From the NCBI RefSeq assembly GCF_009914755.1, contig NC_060928.1: DNA of 64,000 bases. One strand, written 5' to 3'. The translations under genes and the position numbers were made by a program. The notes under the pieces are model-generated. The model searched no databases and was not told the DNA's origin. It saw only the letters and a list, made by a program, of their open reading frames with translations. Below are positions 56,703-64,000 of the stretch, one piece after another (position 1 is the stretch's first letter; every line of letters starts with the position of its first letter). This DNA is from the human T2T-CHM13v2.0 reference genome, Homo sapiens.

Positions 56703-56765
56703 AGATCATCGAGACTAGGAAGAAACTGCATCAACTATCGAGCAAAATAACCAGCTAACATCATA

Positions 56766-60593
<3,828 letters not shown>

Positions 60594-61548
60594 ACAATGA
60601 GAACACATGGACACAGAAAGGGGAACATGACACTCCCGGGACTGTTGTGCAGTGGGGGGAGGGGGGAGGGATAGCATTGGGAGATATACCTAATGCTAGA
60701 TGACGAGTTAGTGGGTGCAGCGCACCAGCATGGCACATGTATACATATGTAACTAACCTGCACAATGTGCACATGTACCCTAAAACTTAAAGTATAATAA
60801 TAAGTTAAACATTAAAAAATTAAAAAAAAGAGTGCTTTCCATGTAATAGTTTTCTAATTAATGTGTTGAATGAATTAATAAATTTGTTATTCCTTACAAA
60901 ACCCATAGGTTAGATGATGTCATCAAAATAAAATGTTTTTAGAGAAAAGAGCTGAAGCTGAAGAAAGTGGATAAGTCGTATTGTGTTTCGGGCAAAGAGA
61001 AGAAAAATCCAAAACGGTGGCTAAGAGGAAGCCACCAGAGATCAACGAAACAAACAAAAATGGGAGTGATAGAGGCCAGAAAGGAAAGGAATTCTACATT
61101 GAGATTTATGGCCAATAATATCAACTATTTTTAGCGGTCATTACGTTTGGCAATGCATAGTCCTGTTTTGAATTTGGCAAGACCAGTTTAAATACTAGTT
61201 TCTGAAGGAGTAAATGAAAAGTTAGGCCATAAAGAGAATGCATATCTAGTATTTAAGAGTAAGACTATAGAATAGTAAATAGAAATGTGGAGTCTCTGAA
61301 TTTTTGTGTGTGTGTATTTTCTTATTAAAAGAGAGTGGTTTGAGCATGCTTTATATTTTGAGAATAAAGATTCAGTGAGGGGTTGAGCTAAGAAAACAAA
61401 ATAATTTGTTGCTCAAGAGTAAGTGGTATGAAATCTAAAGCGTAAGAAAAGGGTTGCCCTAAATCTGATAAAAGTATCTGGAGTTTTTTTTTAGCTCTCC
61501 TACTACCAAAAAGTATTACAGTCTGTTATTTTTTTAATACTTTACCAG

Positions 61549-62910
61549 TGTGTCCGGAATTGGTGGGTTCTTCGTCTCACTGACTTCAAGAATGAAGCTG
61601 CGGACCCTCCCGGTGAGTGTTACAGTTCTTAAAGGCGGCGTGTCCGGAGTTTGTTCCTTCTGATGTTCAGATGTGTTCGGAGTTTCTTCCTTCTGGTTGG
61701 TTCGTGGTCTTGCTGGCTCAGGAGTGAAGCTGCAGACCTTCGTGGTGAGTGTTACAGCTCTGAAGGTGGCACGTCTGGAGTTGTTCATTCCTCCCGGTGG
61801 GCTCGTGCTCTCGCTGGCTCAGGAGTGAAGTTGCAGACCTTCGTGGTGAGTGTCACGGCTCATAAAGGCAGTGTGGACCCGAAGAGTGAGCAGTAGCAAG
61901 ATTTATTGCAAAGAGCAAAAGAACAAAGCTTCCACAGTGTGGAAGGGGACCGGAGCCGGTGGCCACTGCTGCCTCTGGGCAGCCTGCTTTTATTCTTATC
62001 TGGCCCCACCCAAATCCTGCTGATTGGTAGAGCCCAGTGGTCTGTTTTGACAGGGCACTGATTGGTGCCTTTACAATCCCTGAGCTACACACAGAGGTTC
62101 TCCAAGTCCCCACCAGAGTAGCTAGATACAGTGTCGATTGGTGCATTCACAAACCCTGAGCTAAACACAGGGTGCTGATTGGTGTGTTTACAAACCTTGA
62201 GCTAGATCCAGACTGCCCATTGGTGTATTTACAATCCCTGACCCAGACATAAAGGTTCTCCAAGTTCCCACCAGACTCAGGAGCCCCGCTGGTTTCACCC
62301 AGTGAATCTCACACTGGGGCTGCAGGTGGAGCTGCCTGCCAGTCCCACGCCCTGAGCCCACACTCCTCAGCCCTTGGGTGGTCGATGGGACTGGGCGCCA
62401 CGGAGCAGGGGGTGGCGCTTGTTGGGGAGGCTCCGCTGCACAGGAGTCCACGGCGGGGGCGGGGGCTCAGGCATGGCGGGCTGCAGGTCCCGAGCCCTGC
62501 CCCTCAGGAAGGCAGCTAAGGCCCGAGCGCAGCGCCGGTGGGCCGGCAGTGCTGGGGGACCCAGTACACCCTCCGCAGCCGCTGGCCTGGGTGTTAAGCC
62601 CCTCATTGCCGGGGCCGGCAGGGCCCGCCGCTGCTCCGAGTGCGGGGTCCGCCAAGCCCACGCCCACCCGGAACCCCAGCTGGCCCACAAGCGCCCCGGG
62701 CAGCCCCGGTTCCCGCTCGCGCCTCTCTCTCCACAACTCCCTGCGAGCTGAGGGAGCCGGCTCCGGCCTTGGCCAGCCCAGAAAGGGGCTTCCACAGTGC
62801 AGCGGTGGGCTGAAGGGCTCCTCAAGTGCCAACAAAGTGGGAGCCCAGGCAGAGGAGGCGCCCAGAGCGAGCGAGGGCTGCGAGGACTGCCAGAATGCTG
62901 TCACTTCTCA
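61549..62910 (-). mobile_element. LTR12 (LTR12C-type, ERV9) solo LTR
   Basis: TG...CA termini (tgtgtccggaattggtgggttc … gctgtcacttctca) and 4-bp TSD CCAG (61545-61548 / 62911-62914). U5 repeats 'ctcaggagtgaag.tgcagaccttcgtggtgagtgt', CCAAT repeats and a GC-rich U3. Confidence 0.95.
61960..62230 (-). promoter_or_regulatory. LTR12 U3 enhancer/promoter: NF-Y (CCAAT) array, GATA and TATA-like box
   Basis: Five ATTGG motifs (CCAAT on minus) at ~62023, 62061, 62137, 62178 and 62219. The minus strand reads 'ccagataagaataaaagcagg' at ~61982-62002. Activity at this locus is not shown. Confidence 0.65.
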
Positions 62911-63049
62911 CCAGGTGATTTTAATACGCAGCTGTTTTGAAGATCACTGACCAACATAGAAAAAAACAAAATAATCAAAGTATAAATTATTATAAATATT
63001 AAAATATTAGCAAGATGGCTCAGTTCATGTCATTAGCAATATGTAGTAG

Positions 63050-64000
63050 AATATATAATAGAATAGTGTATGTTTATATCAGAAGTTATACATTGAAAAT
63101 AAAAATTTCAATGGAAAACAAATATAATTTGCAAAATCCGGGAACTATAGAGTAATATGTTAAGTAACTATTACCTTGAGAAAAGAATATACTACAAGAC
63201 TTTAAACTGGGAAAAGTAATTACATTTTATTAAAAGACACAAATAAGACTATTTCTTACTTCTAGTTGAGATGGTCTGATAGTTTGTAAATGTCAGCTTC
63301 ACAGAAGTATCCCTTAAACTTACTGTAGTCCCAAACAAATTCTGTAGCTAGATTTAGAATTCACCCAAAAATTATTCTGAAGTTTTCTAAAACGTATTCT
63401 AAGAAAAATGTGGAGGAATAAAGTTCTCCGTAGCTAAGTCAACTTAGATGCAAAGTAGATAGTGTGGCAAAGAAACTGCCTAGCAGATAGTAAAATAAAT
63501 TATAAGACAACCTTAGTAAAATTTTGATGTTGATGTTGTAAGTCCAGGCAAGAAGACTAATGGTATAAAAACAGTTCAGAGATGTACACTTGTATATTTT
63601 GGAAATTTACGATTGTGTAGTAAATGTTGTTTTGAAACCTAGTTAATATAGGGAGAAAAATAAAACTGTGTATAAGTGGATTGCTGCTGGACTAAAAACT
63701 TAAATATAAGAGAGATAACTAGAAAGGTAATACAATTAAAAATAGGAGAAAAAGACCTTCAGGAGACAATGGTTTGTTTGCGTGGTATTTGATTAGCACC
63801 AAGCATAAGATAAGAATTGATTATATCAAAAGTGTAAACATTGACAAAGGTAACAGAGAGAAGGCCCATTGTGCAAAGATATTTAGAACATTTAAAATTC
63901 ACATGAGACTAATATCTAGAATTTATGATAAAATCCTATAACTCAATGAGGAAAAGTAAATAATAAGTGATGAAAAATTGGGTAAAGAACTTTAATAGAC
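63050..64000 (+). mobile_element. Highly degenerate L1M/L1ME ORF2 relic
   Basis: A-rich sequence collinear with the late ORF2 ('attattctgaagttt', 'actaaaaacttaaatataaga', 'gactaatatctagaatttat'). Confidence 0.6.

Noticed and set aside
61590-61870. Spaced direct repeats resembling a CRISPR array
   Set aside because: These are the known U5 tandem repeats of LTR12 in a mammalian context, with no cas genes and non-unique spacers.
62188-62950. Several 125-190 aa overlapping ORFs
   Set aside because: They lie in the GC-rich U3 of LTR12, where stop codons are rare, and show no domain signature.

Overview
AT-rich primate (human-like) genomic DNA with no intact protein-coding gene that I can support. 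Most ORF-track entries are spurious or derive from repeats. The window is a repeat-rich intergenic or deep-intronic landscape. It holds a processed pseudogene of mitoribosomal MRPS33 (~25.8-26.5 kb) and a TSD-flanked L1PA3-type LINE-1 (55.3-60.8 kb) whose 5'UTR lacks exactly the known 97/622 intron, so it was copied from a spliced RNA (SpIRE). It also holds an older near-full-length L1PB-type element with a nested THE1B LTR and Alu, a twin-primed (5'-inverted) L1PB, a solo LTR12 (ERV9) LTR, a 30-nt tailless U6 retrocopy, nine Alus, several MaLR/ERV LTRs, DNA-transposon fossils (MER2, MER20, Charlie-type) and L2/MIR relics. I found no convincing new biological system. The most unusual signals are repair or template-switch scars: a ~175-bp unique segment copied 2.5 kb away into an L2, an isolated tailless ~57-bp young L1 fragment, and palindromes at junctions. 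Subfamily names come from recalled consensus diagnostics and need RepeatMasker/Dfam confirmation. Boundaries of old repeats are approximate.
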